Positions 20,449 through 30,614 of a stretch of DNA of 64,000 nucleotides are shown piece by piece. The notes below the pieces were generated by a model. It was not told where the DNA came from. It saw only the letters and a program-made list of their open reading frames with translations, and did no database searches. The stretch's first letter is position 1. Every line of letters begins with the position of its first letter. The position numbers were made by a program, and so were the translations under genes. The stretch spans positions 124,001 to 188,000 of the IMG/VR virus record IMGVR_UViG_3300023278_002893; one strand, 5' to 3'.

Positions 20449-22875
20449 TTATGTTTCCGTAACCGTGGCGGTGACGGTCGAGACGCCAACAGTGGCACCG
20501 ACTGTGAATTGTGTGGTTGCGCGTCCTCCTGATATGGTAGTGTCTGTAGAAGGAGTAACCGCACCGTCTCCTGCAGTAACCTGGAAAGTGACATCCTTTC
20601 CATCCAAAGCCTCACCCCAAGCATTAATGACGTCCGCATTTACCAGCGTGCTCTGCGCAGTGCCAGCTGGAAGGGTAGTGTCGTCAGCATTCACTGCCAT
20701 GAACGCAGAGATTCTATCATCAAAATTAAATGCTCTAAGATTGGTACCGTTATCGACGTAATACAGAGTATCAAAATCATTCTGGTCGTAGAACGTAGTA
20801 TATGTGTTGGTCGAGTAATCAGAGATGTCTAGAAGAATCTCTTTATCGTCCGTCGTATTTAACAAAGTATCGTTATTTATAGTCTTGGTGTGGAGAATAT
20901 CTAAACCAGATTCATACTCAAGGTAAGTCAAGAAAGGAGCGCCCCCGATGCTGGAGGTCTTAGTCCACGCAAAACTACTAGTACCGTCCTGAGGTATCTG
21001 ATCTATTGTCGGAGAAATTACAGAGTTAGTACCAGATTCCGTAGAAAGAGCTACGTTATTAGCATACTTATAAAGAGTGCTATTGACCTTGATATAAACA
21101 AAACCTCCTCCTAATCCAGAGGCAGTGGTTGCTATCTGTACTCTCCCGTCCAGGAAGTCATTGTAGGTTTTACTCGGATCCCCAATAACATCAAATGACT
21201 CAATTAGGGGAACGCCCAGAACATCACCTTCACCATCTGTCTTCTCAACTGTCAATACAGCGATCTGAGGGAAAGTTTCAGTACCACTTACTACAAAATC
21301 ATCCGCCTCTAACGTAATGGGACCATCGGCGTAACCGAAGATCTCTATGTTACACGCGTCTGTTACCACTGTAGGAGGTGAGCCTGGGCCTACCACCCCC
21401 TGCAACCCACTCCATGTAGTAGATATTCTCTCAATACCGATATCACCTACGGCCGGGGGCTCCTTGTGCCCGCTAGCAGTTACCAAATCAAAAGTAAATT
21501 GCTCGCCTGAATTAGGAGTAGAGGTAGTAGCAATTAGAAACTCTATAGGAGTATTAGGATCAACACCCTCATCGTAAAGAACACCGGTCTGTGCGTCTGT
21601 CAGAGCGCCTGTTAAAGTTCCAGAAACTTGCCAAGCAGAACCGGAAAACGCAACAGTAAATGCATCAGTACCTATCTGAGTATTGTGCCACAGAGGACGT
21701 CCTTCTCTCAAATCACCAGAAGAACTGTTATCCGTCAGATTAGACATATAAGAAGCGAAGTACACGCCTGTGGTGGTGGGTGAAGTTTCTATACCTACCC
21801 CCTCACTCATGATTGTATTGTTATCCGAATCAAGAGCGCGGATAGCAAACCATCTTTTCTTATTTGTGAGCGAGACAGGATTGACATTAATCTCTGCTCT
21901 AAAATCTCCAGCCATTGTATAGGTAGTTTCTAACTGTCCGTTCCCAACAGATACATTATGTGATATTAATTCAGATCCCTGATCTCTTAGGAACTGAGGG
22001 TTTGCTGTACTCTCAACCCAACGTGCGGGGTTGAAATTATTAGATCCTGCGGCGGAGCCGGCCTCGGCATCAGAGAAATCATCACCCAAATTAGTTTCCG
22101 TAGATCCCACATTATCTTCGTTGAATCGGATAGTATAAAATCTATCATTGGGAGTATCAAAACATGCGTCTAGAATATTAGACTTTTCAAACTCAAATGC
22201 ACCAGCGGCTGCACCGTCGGTGTCAAAAAAGGAAAGAACGGACACAAACGGTTGAAGCTCATCCTCACTATTAGTAATAACCTTGTCCTTCAGTGCCACT
22301 TCAGAAACGAATGCGAATGCGGCAGAATCATCATGCAGGATTCTCCAGTAGGGCATTCCGTTTCCTGTCGCATTGATGGGGGGTGCGCTGAAATCGAGGA
22401 GGTATCGAAACTGATTACCTGCAGGAGTAGATATGACAGCCTCTCCGACTGTTGAGATAGTTGCTATGAAGTTGGTGGCGACGAATTCTGAATCTAGATT
22501 ATTCAAACTTGTAGACACATGCCATTTACCAGTAGTCGTGTCTATAGCTGCGGTGGAAAATATTATTATCTGGGTAGTGGATACCAATCGGCCGCCAAAA
22601 TATACAATCATCATATCCGCAGGGGAAATCGGACCGATAGTAGTATAAAGACCATCACGCCAACCCGGGACCTCTACTTGAGTATCAGGAGTCGAGGTCG
22701 CTGCGCCGAAAACGGCAGTAGCTTGAGGATTTTGGAGAACTAGCCTTACAAATTGAGTACCATTATGTAGAGATCGATCGACATCGTCTATACTAGACAC
22801 CACAGTATCACTGTAGTAACTCTCCATATTCTTAGTTGTATCGGTAGAACCTAGCCTACCTTGTTGAACAGTCAC
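20449..22875 (-). CDS. Virion protein (808 aa) with C-terminal Big-1 (invasin/intimin-type) Ig-like domain
   Basis: C-terminal TLPAGTAQSTLVNADVINAWGEALDGKDVTFQVTAGDG...GRATTQFTVG...TVTAT. Confidence 0.7.
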   Translation of the reverse strand: MTVQQGRLGSTDTTKNMESYYSDTVVSSIDDVDRSLHNGTQFVRLVLQNPQATAVFGAATSTPDTQVEVPGWRDGLYTTIGPISPADMMIVYFGGRLVSTTQIIIFSTAAIDTTTGKWHVSTSLNNLDSEFVATNFIATISTVGEAVISTPAGNQFRYLLDFSAPPINATGNGMPYWRILHDDSAAFAFVSEVALKDKVITNSEDELQPFVSVLSFFDTDGAAAGAFEFEKSNILDACFDTPNDRFYTIRFNEDNVGSTETNLGDDFSDAEAGSAAGSNNFNPARWVESTANPQFLRDQGSELISHNVSVGNGQLETTYTMAGDFRAEINVNPVSLTNKKRWFAIRALDSDNNTIMSEGVGIETSPTTTGVYFASYMSNLTDNSSSGDLREGRPLWHNTQIGTDAFTVAFSGSAWQVSGTLTGALTDAQTGVLYDEGVDPNTPIEFLIATTSTPNSGEQFTFDLVTASGHKEPPAVGDIGIERISTTWSGLQGVVGPGSPPTVVTDACNIEIFGYADGPITLEADDFVVSGTETFPQIAVLTVEKTDGEGDVLGVPLIESFDVIGDPSKTYNDFLDGRVQIATTASGLGGGFVYIKVNSTLYKYANNVALSTESGTNSVISPTIDQIPQDGTSSFAWTKTSSIGGAPFLTYLEYESGLDILHTKTINNDTLLNTTDDKEILLDISDYSTNTYTTFYDQNDFDTLYYVDNGTNLRAFNFDDRISAFMAVNADDTTLPAGTAQSTLVNADVINAWGEALDGKDVTFQVTAGDGAVTPSTDTTISGGRATTQFTVGATVGVSTVTATVTET

Positions 22876-22888
22876 AGGGCCTTCCTCC

Positions 22889-24217
22889 TTACGTAGTCCT
22901 TAGTATTCTGGGACGTACAAATACCTTACGAAGCTTGTTATCCACTCTTACTTCTAGGGTAGAGATATCCACACCGTGTTCTACCCCATATACCTCAAAA
23001 GAGAGTCCGGTTCTGTTATCAACAAAAGAATCACAAGGACCGGGCTCCATGTTTATGTATATGGGCTCATTACTTTCCTCCACATCAAACGCACAGACGA
23101 AGAGCGATCGGTTCTGGAGTTCGGAAAGATCCCTTGCCTCCATGGAAAGGGTCACATTAGAATCATAATTCCAAGGAGCATCGGGGTGTGTATAAGTTAC
23201 ATGGTATCCAGTAGCGGTAGCGCCTATTGGGACTCCAGAGACAGTAGCAAAGTCCTGGATAGTTATTGCGTCTAAGGTCACACCACTGCAGACAGTGATT
23301 CCCTCCACCGACAGCCTAATAGAATCCGGATCTACTCCCTCCCCGAAATCTAAAACATCGAAGGAAACAGGAGCAACTACGGATGCTCCCGATGATCCAC
23401 ATGAAGGGAGAATATTTCTGTAAAAGGGGGGTCGTACATCTGGAACCGTCTGCCATTCACAATGAATGAAGAAGGTATTTTCCGGCTCGGCGGTGTCGTC
23501 TATGGTAAGTTCTACCACCACCGTGGAGTCGTATAAGAAATTACTAGGGGGATCATAGAACAACTGGAGACCGTTAGGAATACTAGAAATAACGAACGTA
23601 GGACTATCCTGAACCTCGACCCCCTGCACTTTAAATATAAGAGTATCGGCATCTAAAGGCGACCCGAAGTCGCGAATTCTCCAAAGAATGTTAGTATTTA
23701 CTGCATTTTTTACACTCAAGCAGGGGGGAAATACCAACTCCAAAAAATCAAACTGGGTGATCTGAAACGAATTGCTAATCTCGGGCTCTTGTTGAATCGG
23801 CCTGCTTAAGGTACTACCAGCAGTAGTAATACCAAACTGCTCTAAAGGCTGACCATCGTCCTCAAACCCCAGCTGCTGGACAGGGGTTTCGGGCTTGGTA
23901 TCGTGGGTAGAATTAGGATGATTAGCAGTAACTAGAAGATGTTGCTGAATGGCGTGATCGTTCTCAGGATCAGGGAAACCGGCTGCAAATACTAAATCAC
24001 CCAACTGCCGGATCGGCTTAGAATAAGATCCCGTCGGATTGTTGTGCCCGTCGGGCCGAGTACGTACAGTAAGACGCTGTTCAATGGGTTCAGACTGGGT
24101 ATTTAATTTGAGAGAGGTCTGAGTTATAGGCCTACTAACATCAGGCGTTATACCTCCAGGATTAGTGGTCAGATCACCTTTCTGAACGCTGATCGCTTCT
24201 AGTACTTGAGAGCCCAT
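22889..24217 (-). CDS. Virion protein (442 aa) with Ig-like repeats
   Basis: Repeats VSFDVLDFGEGVDPDSIRLSVEG / LSFEVYGVEHGVDISTLEVRVDN, related to those in the 1110-aa protein. Confidence 0.7.
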   Translation of the reverse strand: MGSQVLEAISVQKGDLTTNPGGITPDVSRPITQTSLKLNTQSEPIEQRLTVRTRPDGHNNPTGSYSKPIRQLGDLVFAAGFPDPENDHAIQQHLLVTANHPNSTHDTKPETPVQQLGFEDDGQPLEQFGITTAGSTLSRPIQQEPEISNSFQITQFDFLELVFPPCLSVKNAVNTNILWRIRDFGSPLDADTLIFKVQGVEVQDSPTFVISSIPNGLQLFYDPPSNFLYDSTVVVELTIDDTAEPENTFFIHCEWQTVPDVRPPFYRNILPSCGSSGASVVAPVSFDVLDFGEGVDPDSIRLSVEGITVCSGVTLDAITIQDFATVSGVPIGATATGYHVTYTHPDAPWNYDSNVTLSMEARDLSELQNRSLFVCAFDVEESNEPIYINMEPGPCDSFVDNRTGLSFEVYGVEHGVDISTLEVRVDNKLRKVFVRPRILRTT

Positions 24218-25551
24218 TAGGGCAGAACCTGCGCTTTGACATCCATCAGTAAGTCTATGGCAGTCACACTAGGAGTGAATTCTGAACTTGCTCTTCCCAA
24301 AATGTCCGTACCGCTAATTGCAGGATCCATAGTACCTGGGATACCGGCGGCTCCTGCATTATTAACTGTAGTCGTGAATTGAATATCCTTTCCCAGAACT
24401 GGGAAATTATACTGGTCTCTAACTTCTGCGGTCACCGTAAATTTACGAGACTTAGGAGATGATAGAGAGATTGCAAACCTGGTGGGAGAAAAGTTCAGGG
24501 CAATAGATTTTATAAAAGAGAGATTGGTCTCCGTCTGGAAGTTATAATCCGGCGCTCGATTTATTGTAGTATAGGTTCCAGTAGGTATATCCTCAGTCGT
24601 CTCTTTCTGCTGCAACTTGTAATAGAGATTATTATCCAAATCAGAAATGAGATCAAATGCCTCTATCAAGTTAGCTCTATCCGCCGCCATCAAGTTGATT
24701 GTGATGGAAGACTCTATAGCCCAAACAGGGGCGCCCAAATTAACGGTCAGCAACATCGGGCCTCTAATAAAAGAAAGACGGGTCTGATCAAAGTCTGCCG
24801 CCACCACCGCGTTATACTTTCTACCAGTAGTAGTAGTTAGGGGCGACTTGCTGGGATATTCAAAACTACTTAGAGACCCCTCATCATCCTCACCTCTCCC
24901 AGAAAAGGAATGATCATTGAAGACCCAAATCTTCTTGGTCACACTTACAGGATCGGAGTTATTGTAGTTGCTGGCCAACCCTCCCTGTTTTAGGAACAAA
25001 ACAGTATTGTTTAGCTGATTGAGTCCTCCAACAATGAGACTCTCCTCTTGTCCCTCAGACCCTGCAAAAGTACTGGGGCCCAGATATAACTCATCTCCCA
25101 ATGCAATTTCAGAGATGTCATTAAGCTGTATGGAGGAACTGCCTTGGGTTGTAGAACCTACAAGCTGTCTGTGATAGTGTTCTATCGCAAACGCTCTAGA
25201 CTCATATACCGTATTTGGCTGATTGAGTAGGGTCAATTCATCTTGCCAACGCAGCTCGGAAGGAGATGCGGTGGGGAACAAATTGGTCTTGTGGGGAAAA
25301 AGTCTCCACTTCTTAATCACTATGCCTAAATCAGAAGGTAATTCTTCCAAAGTCCAAAAGAAAGTACCGTCGTAATGCAACTCAATGACCGGATTTCTTA
25401 GCTGAGAAAGGGTAATGGGAAAAGTATCTACCACATCTCCATCAGCTTCCACTTGGAACAATGCATCTACACTCTTGTTTATCGTGTAGAAAAAACCGGT
25501 CAGCGGGCCGAATGAAAAATTACCATCATTGATGCTTATGTTATCTGGCAT
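24217..25551 (-). CDS. Virion protein (444 aa), paralog of 25566..26912, C-terminal Big-1-like domain
   Basis: YDGTFFWTLE, LYLGPS, IWVFNDH, YKLQQK and VTAEVRDQY align with the neighbouring gene. Confidence 0.75.
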   Translation of the reverse strand: MPDNISINDGNFSFGPLTGFFYTINKSVDALFQVEADGDVVDTFPITLSQLRNPVIELHYDGTFFWTLEELPSDLGIVIKKWRLFPHKTNLFPTASPSELRWQDELTLLNQPNTVYESRAFAIEHYHRQLVGSTTQGSSSIQLNDISEIALGDELYLGPSTFAGSEGQEESLIVGGLNQLNNTVLFLKQGGLASNYNNSDPVSVTKKIWVFNDHSFSGRGEDDEGSLSSFEYPSKSPLTTTTGRKYNAVVAADFDQTRLSFIRGPMLLTVNLGAPVWAIESSITINLMAADRANLIEAFDLISDLDNNLYYKLQQKETTEDIPTGTYTTINRAPDYNFQTETNLSFIKSIALNFSPTRFAISLSSPKSRKFTVTAEVRDQYNFPVLGKDIQFTTTVNNAGAAGIPGTMDPAISGTDILGRASSEFTPSVTAIDLLMDVKAQVLP

Positions 25552-25565
25552 GGAGTCCCCGCCCC

Positions 25566-26912
25566 CTAAATGCTAACCACCGCAGATATAGTAACCAGTC
25601 CCGCAGTATCACCTGCGGTATAAGTCACGGTCGCCTGACCGTTCGAGTCTAGGGAAATAGAACCAGTCTCTGAAAGACCAGAACCAGTACCACCCCCACT
25701 GGTCTGGAAAACAATAGTAGCTGCTGGTGTTTGTAGGTAAGGAAGTGCGTACTGATCGGTAACCGTAGCGGTAATGACCGAAGTAGAAATTTGATCCGCA
25801 GCCAAAATAGCAGGGGCCGAAGACAAAGCAATTGCGGTTGGGAAGGGCTTGAATGTGGCTAACTGGTAGTTGTAGGTAGATTCAGTAGATTCAGTACCAT
25901 CAATGTTAAACTTCTGTTGAAGTCTGAACAGAGTATCTTTTTCCAATGCGAAATCAAAAACGGTATATACTGTATTAGAATCCGGGCTTAGATTATTCTG
26001 AATAGCAGATAATTCCGTAATAAGTTGAGGGTCTAACGCATCTATGAAAAGGAGATTGTTGGTACGTATGAAAATAATATAACTACGCTTATTGAATTGA
26101 GACAACGACCCGTCAAATACTCCTCCCGAAGGATTACTAGGAGTAACACCCGCTTCGATAAGATCAACGAAAGTAGCAGCATCCACATCCTTATAAGCAC
26201 CCCCTGAGGTTCTGGACAGAACAGTACCCTGTTGGATACTAATCTTATACAACGCCCCTGCATCCTGAGACTTCAAGTAATGCTGATTAAATACCCAGAG
26301 ATTCTTACTAAATACTACCGTATCGCCCGCATTAAACCCTACGGTTTTGTCCGCAGAGAGCGTAACGACCTTAGTGGCAGGATTAGTTGAGGAAACAGTA
26401 ACTCTAAGAGACTGCCCTGTGAAATCAGTAGGAGATGTCTTAGTACTAGGCCCAATGAACATAGTGGTTCCTGCGGTCAGTAATCCAAATATATTGGAAT
26501 CTACAGAGTTATCGAAACTAACCGTTATAGTATCAGTATTCTCAGCACCGCCTGCAAGCACTGTACCTGTGTACATCTCCAGTGAAAATGCATTAGCTTC
26601 GAAATCATCAGTGGCATTGGACGCAAAACTATATGATTGCTGCAATACCATAACAAAGTTGGAAATAACCCACCTCTTGATGATAAAACCATCAGACGCC
26701 GTAGCAGACAGATGCTCCATAGTCCACCAGCTTTCCCCATCGTATGTCATATCAATCACTTCTCGGGAAATAGATGTGTCCAGAGGATAAGCGAAAGCCA
26801 ACGTACCATCATCCGTCTTCTGGATCATGGTATCCGTGGCCTGATCGAAGCTGTAAAAATAACCATCTACGCGAGTGACGTTGCCGTTAAGTAGGCGAAC
26901 ATTCTGAATCAT
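25566..26912 (-). CDS. Virion protein (448 aa), paralog of 24217..25551, C-terminal Big-1-like domain
   Basis: YDGESWWTME, MFIGPS, LWVFNQH, FRLQQK, ITATVTDQY, GQATVTYTAG. Confidence 0.75.
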   Translation of the reverse strand: MIQNVRLLNGNVTRVDGYFYSFDQATDTMIQKTDDGTLAFAYPLDTSISREVIDMTYDGESWWTMEHLSATASDGFIIKRWVISNFVMVLQQSYSFASNATDDFEANAFSLEMYTGTVLAGGAENTDTITVSFDNSVDSNIFGLLTAGTTMFIGPSTKTSPTDFTGQSLRVTVSSTNPATKVVTLSADKTVGFNAGDTVVFSKNLWVFNQHYLKSQDAGALYKISIQQGTVLSRTSGGAYKDVDAATFVDLIEAGVTPSNPSGGVFDGSLSQFNKRSYIIFIRTNNLLFIDALDPQLITELSAIQNNLSPDSNTVYTVFDFALEKDTLFRLQQKFNIDGTESTESTYNYQLATFKPFPTAIALSSAPAILAADQISTSVITATVTDQYALPYLQTPAATIVFQTSGGGTGSGLSETGSISLDSNGQATVTYTAGDTAGLVTISAVVSI

Positions 26913-26921
26913 GTATCTCTC

Positions 26922-27536
26922 CTAGTTATAGGATCTTTTGGGCCTGTATATTATCTGAAAATCAAACACATTTCCTCTAAACTCCACGGACTCTCCTGAC
27001 TGCGCCACGCCACTTGTGATTATAGGAAAACCATTCAACGTCATCTGAAGTGTGGATAAATCTAAACCTGAGGAAGGCAAAGGCTCGGTAATGCGATAAA
27101 TAACATTAGACTGGATATGTACATCCGTGTTAGCGTCTAACGCGGGCTCTGCACTTTCGAGTTGGGGAGGTTTGTTATCGGGGAGTAAAGCAGTCCAAGC
27201 CACTCTATCACCAATTCTTCCCATAGCTGCCTGTATTTCTTCGTGGAATGTTTCTTCTGAAATAAGATTAACGAACTCCGGCGGGATAGGTTGTCCTGTA
27301 TCCTTATCCAACTCATCTCGAGGAGGGGCTACCATCAACAACCATATGGAATCACCTTCCGGATCTGTTAGATTAGGAAATTCAATCCCGGACGCGGTCA
27401 CCCCTGAAATAGTGGGGACCTGATCAGGCCTAACCGGGTTCTTAAAGGATTTTACAGGGTCTAGCTGGAGAGATACTGTAAGAGGAACAATTTTATCATC
27501 GGGAGCCCTACTATTTCGAAGATAAAATACGACCAT
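26922..27536 (-). CDS. Virion protein (204 aa) with one Ig-like repeat
   Basis: DNKPPQL...SGLDLSTLQMTLNG matches the repeat in the 442- and 1110-aa proteins. Confidence 0.7.
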   Translation of the reverse strand: MVVFYLRNSRAPDDKIVPLTVSLQLDPVKSFKNPVRPDQVPTISGVTASGIEFPNLTDPEGDSIWLLMVAPPRDELDKDTGQPIPPEFVNLISEETFHEEIQAAMGRIGDRVAWTALLPDNKPPQLESAEPALDANTDVHIQSNVIYRITEPLPSSGLDLSTLQMTLNGFPIITSGVAQSGESVEFRGNVFDFQIIYRPKRSYN

Positions 27537-27539
27537 TAA

Positions 27540-28496
27540 TTACGCCGAGAAGTCTATTTGATTTACGATGCTGTCGATCTGGAATCTGTAAAGCGCATCC
27601 AGTGTAGTAATAGCAGATACAGGAGATGCTGTTTCAATCTCGTGATACTTTCGTACCTGAGAACCTCCACTATAGGTCGTTGACAGTCCGGTAGTTATTC
27701 CTGAAGTCGTTACAAATCTAATCTCGGACGCACTCAGCCCTCCGGTCACTCCCGCACCAGAAATGAGAACTATCTGGGAATTAACAGTGTCTCTGACCTC
27801 AAGCGCAGATCCTGCTGAGAAGCCCGCAGTGCTTACAACTTCTAGAAGATCTCCAGAAGAGTAGTCTGATGCTAAAGTGGTCTGGGCGATCTGACGAGCA
27901 GCAAGCAGCTCGCTGGAAACAAACAGGTGGAGTCCCAAAGTCTCTCTAATGTCAGTTCCTGAATCAGGAACATCGATTGCAACAGAACTCCTACCCGAGC
28001 CCGTGAATTTCTCAGTCACTGTTCCAGACTCAATGCTGAATACACCATTAAGGAAACGTACCTGCGCATTGAGATAAGAAAGATTTCCTATCTTTGCGCC
28101 GCCGGCACCGATATCAGCCTCTAATCGAAGTTTATCTTCTATGTCCTGCGCAACGTCGGCCGGGAGAAGATTTGTCCCCACCTCTAGAGTGATATCCACT
28201 CCGGATCCGATTGCTTCGTCGAGCGCGACCTTTAAACCACTAGACGCTCCGATATCTATTAGTGCGGTTGTGGGTGCCGTACCTCGCAAAAATCCTCTTA
28301 CCATTTCGTTCTTGAATATGTTTTGGATTGCTCCCCCACCAGACGCGGTTGCAGTCGTGGTTGAAGAAGTAACCCAGATTTCGTCACCTTCCGGATTGCC
28401 ACCATTAGGAACTACTTGCGCGATATCTAATGTGATGGTCTTTGCTGTTCCGCCCGGGAAATTTACTATATCCTTCACTGTAACATTGATTGCCAT
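27540..28496 (-). CDS. Virion structural protein (318 aa)
   Basis: SD AGGAGG; contains the shared ...ITL....L.P..VA.DIE..L module. Confidence 0.7.
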   Translation of the reverse strand: MAINVTVKDIVNFPGGTAKTITLDIAQVVPNGGNPEGDEIWVTSSTTTATASGGGAIQNIFKNEMVRGFLRGTAPTTALIDIGASSGLKVALDEAIGSGVDITLEVGTNLLPADVAQDIEDKLRLEADIGAGGAKIGNLSYLNAQVRFLNGVFSIESGTVTEKFTGSGRSSVAIDVPDSGTDIRETLGLHLFVSSELLAARQIAQTTLASDYSSGDLLEVVSTAGFSAGSALEVRDTVNSQIVLISGAGVTGGLSASEIRFVTTSGITTGLSTTYSGGSQVRKYHEIETASPVSAITTLDALYRFQIDSIVNQIDFSA

Positions 28497-29093
28497 TTAA
28501 ATCTCCTCCTTTTCTGCTAGGAATTCCTCAACAGTTTTTGTATGTTTTCTTAGATTACAAAAGGGACAGGACAAACATAGGTTTTTGTCATCATGAAGTC
28601 CTCCCCGGGAAACGGGAACCATGTACTCTAAATGCCATTTATCTAGTTTCTCCTGGCAATAGTAACACATACCATCCTGTTCTTTAGATAATTTTTCAAT
28701 TATGTCTGGGGAAACCACACCCATCTGATCTTTTAGACTTACATAGTATTTATGCTTGTATAGTCTACGTTTATCAGGATTACTATCCCACCATTCTCTG
28801 TGCTTCTTAGATATTTCAGTCTTGTTAAGTTGATACCATTCGGAAAGATATTTCTTTCTACGGTATCTGTTTTCTTCTTCCCAAGCGGCGCGATATTCCT
28901 TAAATCTTTCTCCATTTTCCTTAAGCCATTCTCGTGATTTTCTGTCCTTGTGTTCTTTATTTCTAATATACCAATTTTTAGAAGATTTAGAAATACAATA
29001 CTTACAATAACTGGTAAGACCATCTTTGTTACGAGAACATTTACTAAACTCATAGTCTCTTTTATCTTCTTTACATTTTCTACAATTCTTCAT
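28497..29093 (-). CDS. HNH homing endonuclease (198 aa), predicted catalytic His replaced by Tyr
   Basis: Likely start ATG 29093 (ATGA overlap with upstream stop); N-terminal CRKC..CKYC Zn finger; CYYC...WHLEYMVPVSRGGLHDDKNLCLSCPFCNLRKH; AT-rich. Confidence 0.85.
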   Translation of the reverse strand: MKNCRKCKEDKRDYEFSKCSRNKDGLTSYCKYCISKSSKNWYIRNKEHKDRKSREWLKENGERFKEYRAAWEEENRYRRKKYLSEWYQLNKTEISKKHREWWDSNPDKRRLYKHKYYVSLKDQMGVVSPDIIEKLSKEQDGMCYYCQEKLDKWHLEYMVPVSRGGLHDDKNLCLSCPFCNLRKHTKTVEEFLAEKEEI

Positions 29094-29497
29094 ATCTGAT
29101 AATACCTTGTGCCCGAAACTATTGTTCTGCCTTGCTCTAAAGCCTCCACCGTCCCAGAAACTGCAGGATCGGAATCGGCACACGCTGTGGAACCTGGAGT
29201 AGGTACAAACCGCCTCCCATGTTGTGTAACTTCTGTCGTTGCGGTACCTATGTAATAAGGGCACCCGTTGTCTGCACAAACCCATCCCAGATAACCTCCT
29301 CCTAGGGAATAGGTGTGCATGCGGCCGCTGGTCTCATGATGATGTACCTTCTCGCCGCCCGGCACTTCAGCATTCTGATTATAGTCTGTTATCTGTGTCG
29401 AGTATGGACAGTATCGCCAAGTCTTAGCACCTCTAACTTTACTTCCCGAAACTACCGGACCCGGCTCAAATATACCCCCCGATGGTAGAATTGTCAT
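29090..29497 (-). CDS. Hypothetical Cys/His-containing protein (135 aa)
   Basis: RYCPY, HHHE, WVCADNGCPYY; abuts neighbours. Confidence 0.65.
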   Translation of the reverse strand: MTILPSGGIFEPGPVVSGSKVRGAKTWRYCPYSTQITDYNQNAEVPGGEKVHHHETSGRMHTYSLGGGYLGWVCADNGCPYYIGTATTEVTQHGRRFVPTPGSTACADSDPAVSGTVEALEQGRTIVSGTRYYQI

Positions 29498-29911
29498 CTA
29501 GTACTTCCTCTCCCCTTCCTTCTTATGGACTTCACTCCAGTAAACTAAAAGGTATGGATGCTTAGATTCTTCATGCTCTTTGCAATCAATCAGGATCCAA
29601 TCATCATTCTCTAGTCTTTCTAAAACATTTACGTACTTACCTTGTACCCACACCTCTTTCAAAAAAACTTTGTCATCCCTGTAATTTACCCCTTTCCACT
29701 TCAGAACAGCCTGGTAATAGTCATCCATTGCCGCCAAAATAACGTGCTGCTTAGTCATATCCAACATAAGCTGATCGTCGTCATTGATCTGGGCGGCATC
29801 ACTAAGAACAGGTCCTGTAAAATAAGCACCCTTGAGTACTGCCTTGTCGTCCTGGGGATACTCTACCGAATCCCAGTGTAGTTCCAAACGATATTTCTTC
29901 AAAACATCCAT
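29498..29911 (-). CDS. Hypothetical protein (137 aa) with an internal repeat
   Basis: YRLELHWDSVEYPQDDKAVLK resembles YQAVLKWKGVNYRDDKVFLK; SD GGAG. Confidence 0.7.
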   Translation of the reverse strand: MDVLKKYRLELHWDSVEYPQDDKAVLKGAYFTGPVLSDAAQINDDDQLMLDMTKQHVILAAMDDYYQAVLKWKGVNYRDDKVFLKEVWVQGKYVNVLERLENDDWILIDCKEHEESKHPYLLVYWSEVHKKEGERKY

Positions 29912-29924
29912 ACTAAAACTCCGA

Positions 29925-30614
29925 TTAAAAGAAGATCAACTGGTGGGGAATGCTGGCGGAAGAAGTTCCTCGCTTTCCGTCCTCCTTACCCACACCGCCA
30001 CCAATCTGGGTAGCCTTACCAAAATCCTGGTCGTCGTCCTGACCTAAACCAGGAGAACCTGCACTCACGTTTATGTTCCTTCCCGTGGCATCAACTAATC
30101 CTGGGGTACCTGTTGTACTATCTACCAGAACCAGACCATCGTTAGAAACAATATCCGTTCCTGTAATTCTATTACCTTCAGAGAATCCCTGAATGTAAGC
30201 AATGTTACCCGTAAAGCCTGCAATCTGAGGCTTACCCGACAAGCTCCAACTCTCCTGTCCATATCCCTGGAAATCCTTTGAGTAGGAGAATCCAGTGATA
30301 AACAGCGCATTACTTCCTGTACGTGTAATGGGAACGACTGAACCCGTGCAGGGGGCGGGAGTTATTGTGACATCCATCTTAGCAGTTGAATCTGCACAAG
30401 AGGTAGAGGGTGTAAGGGTAACAGGAGTCGAAGCTCCACCATAGCTAGAAATGCTGGAACTTTCCTGGGTAGTGACATTAGTGTCGAAAGCGTCGAAGCT
30501 CCCCAACTGAAACAAGCGTTCTACCTGAGGGGCTATGGTGAAACTAACAGACACAAATCCACTAGATATTTTATCAGATGTAACTGTGGTTCCCGCGCCG
30601 ATTATAACCGCCAT
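29925..30614 (-). CDS. Tail tube-like / distal tail protein (229 aa)
   Basis: SVSFTIAPQVERLFQLGSFDAFD resembles the tube motif of the major tail protein (FNTEDIFELGQ; LTREPLFELSH). Confidence 0.55.
   Translation of the reverse strand: MAVIIGAGTTVTSDKISSGFVSVSFTIAPQVERLFQLGSFDAFDTNVTTQESSSISSYGGASTPVTLTPSTSCADSTAKMDVTITPAPCTGSVVPITRTGSNALFITGFSYSKDFQGYGQESWSLSGKPQIAGFTGNIAYIQGFSEGNRITGTDIVSNDGLVLVDSTTGTPGLVDATGRNINVSAGSPGLGQDDDQDFGKATQIGGGVGKEDGKRGTSSASIPHQLIFF

Noticed and set aside
29094-29285. N-terminal extension of the HNH ORF as given in the track (262 aa)
   Set aside because: It overlaps the 135-aa gene; the family-typical start MKNCRKC at 29093 has an ATGA overlap
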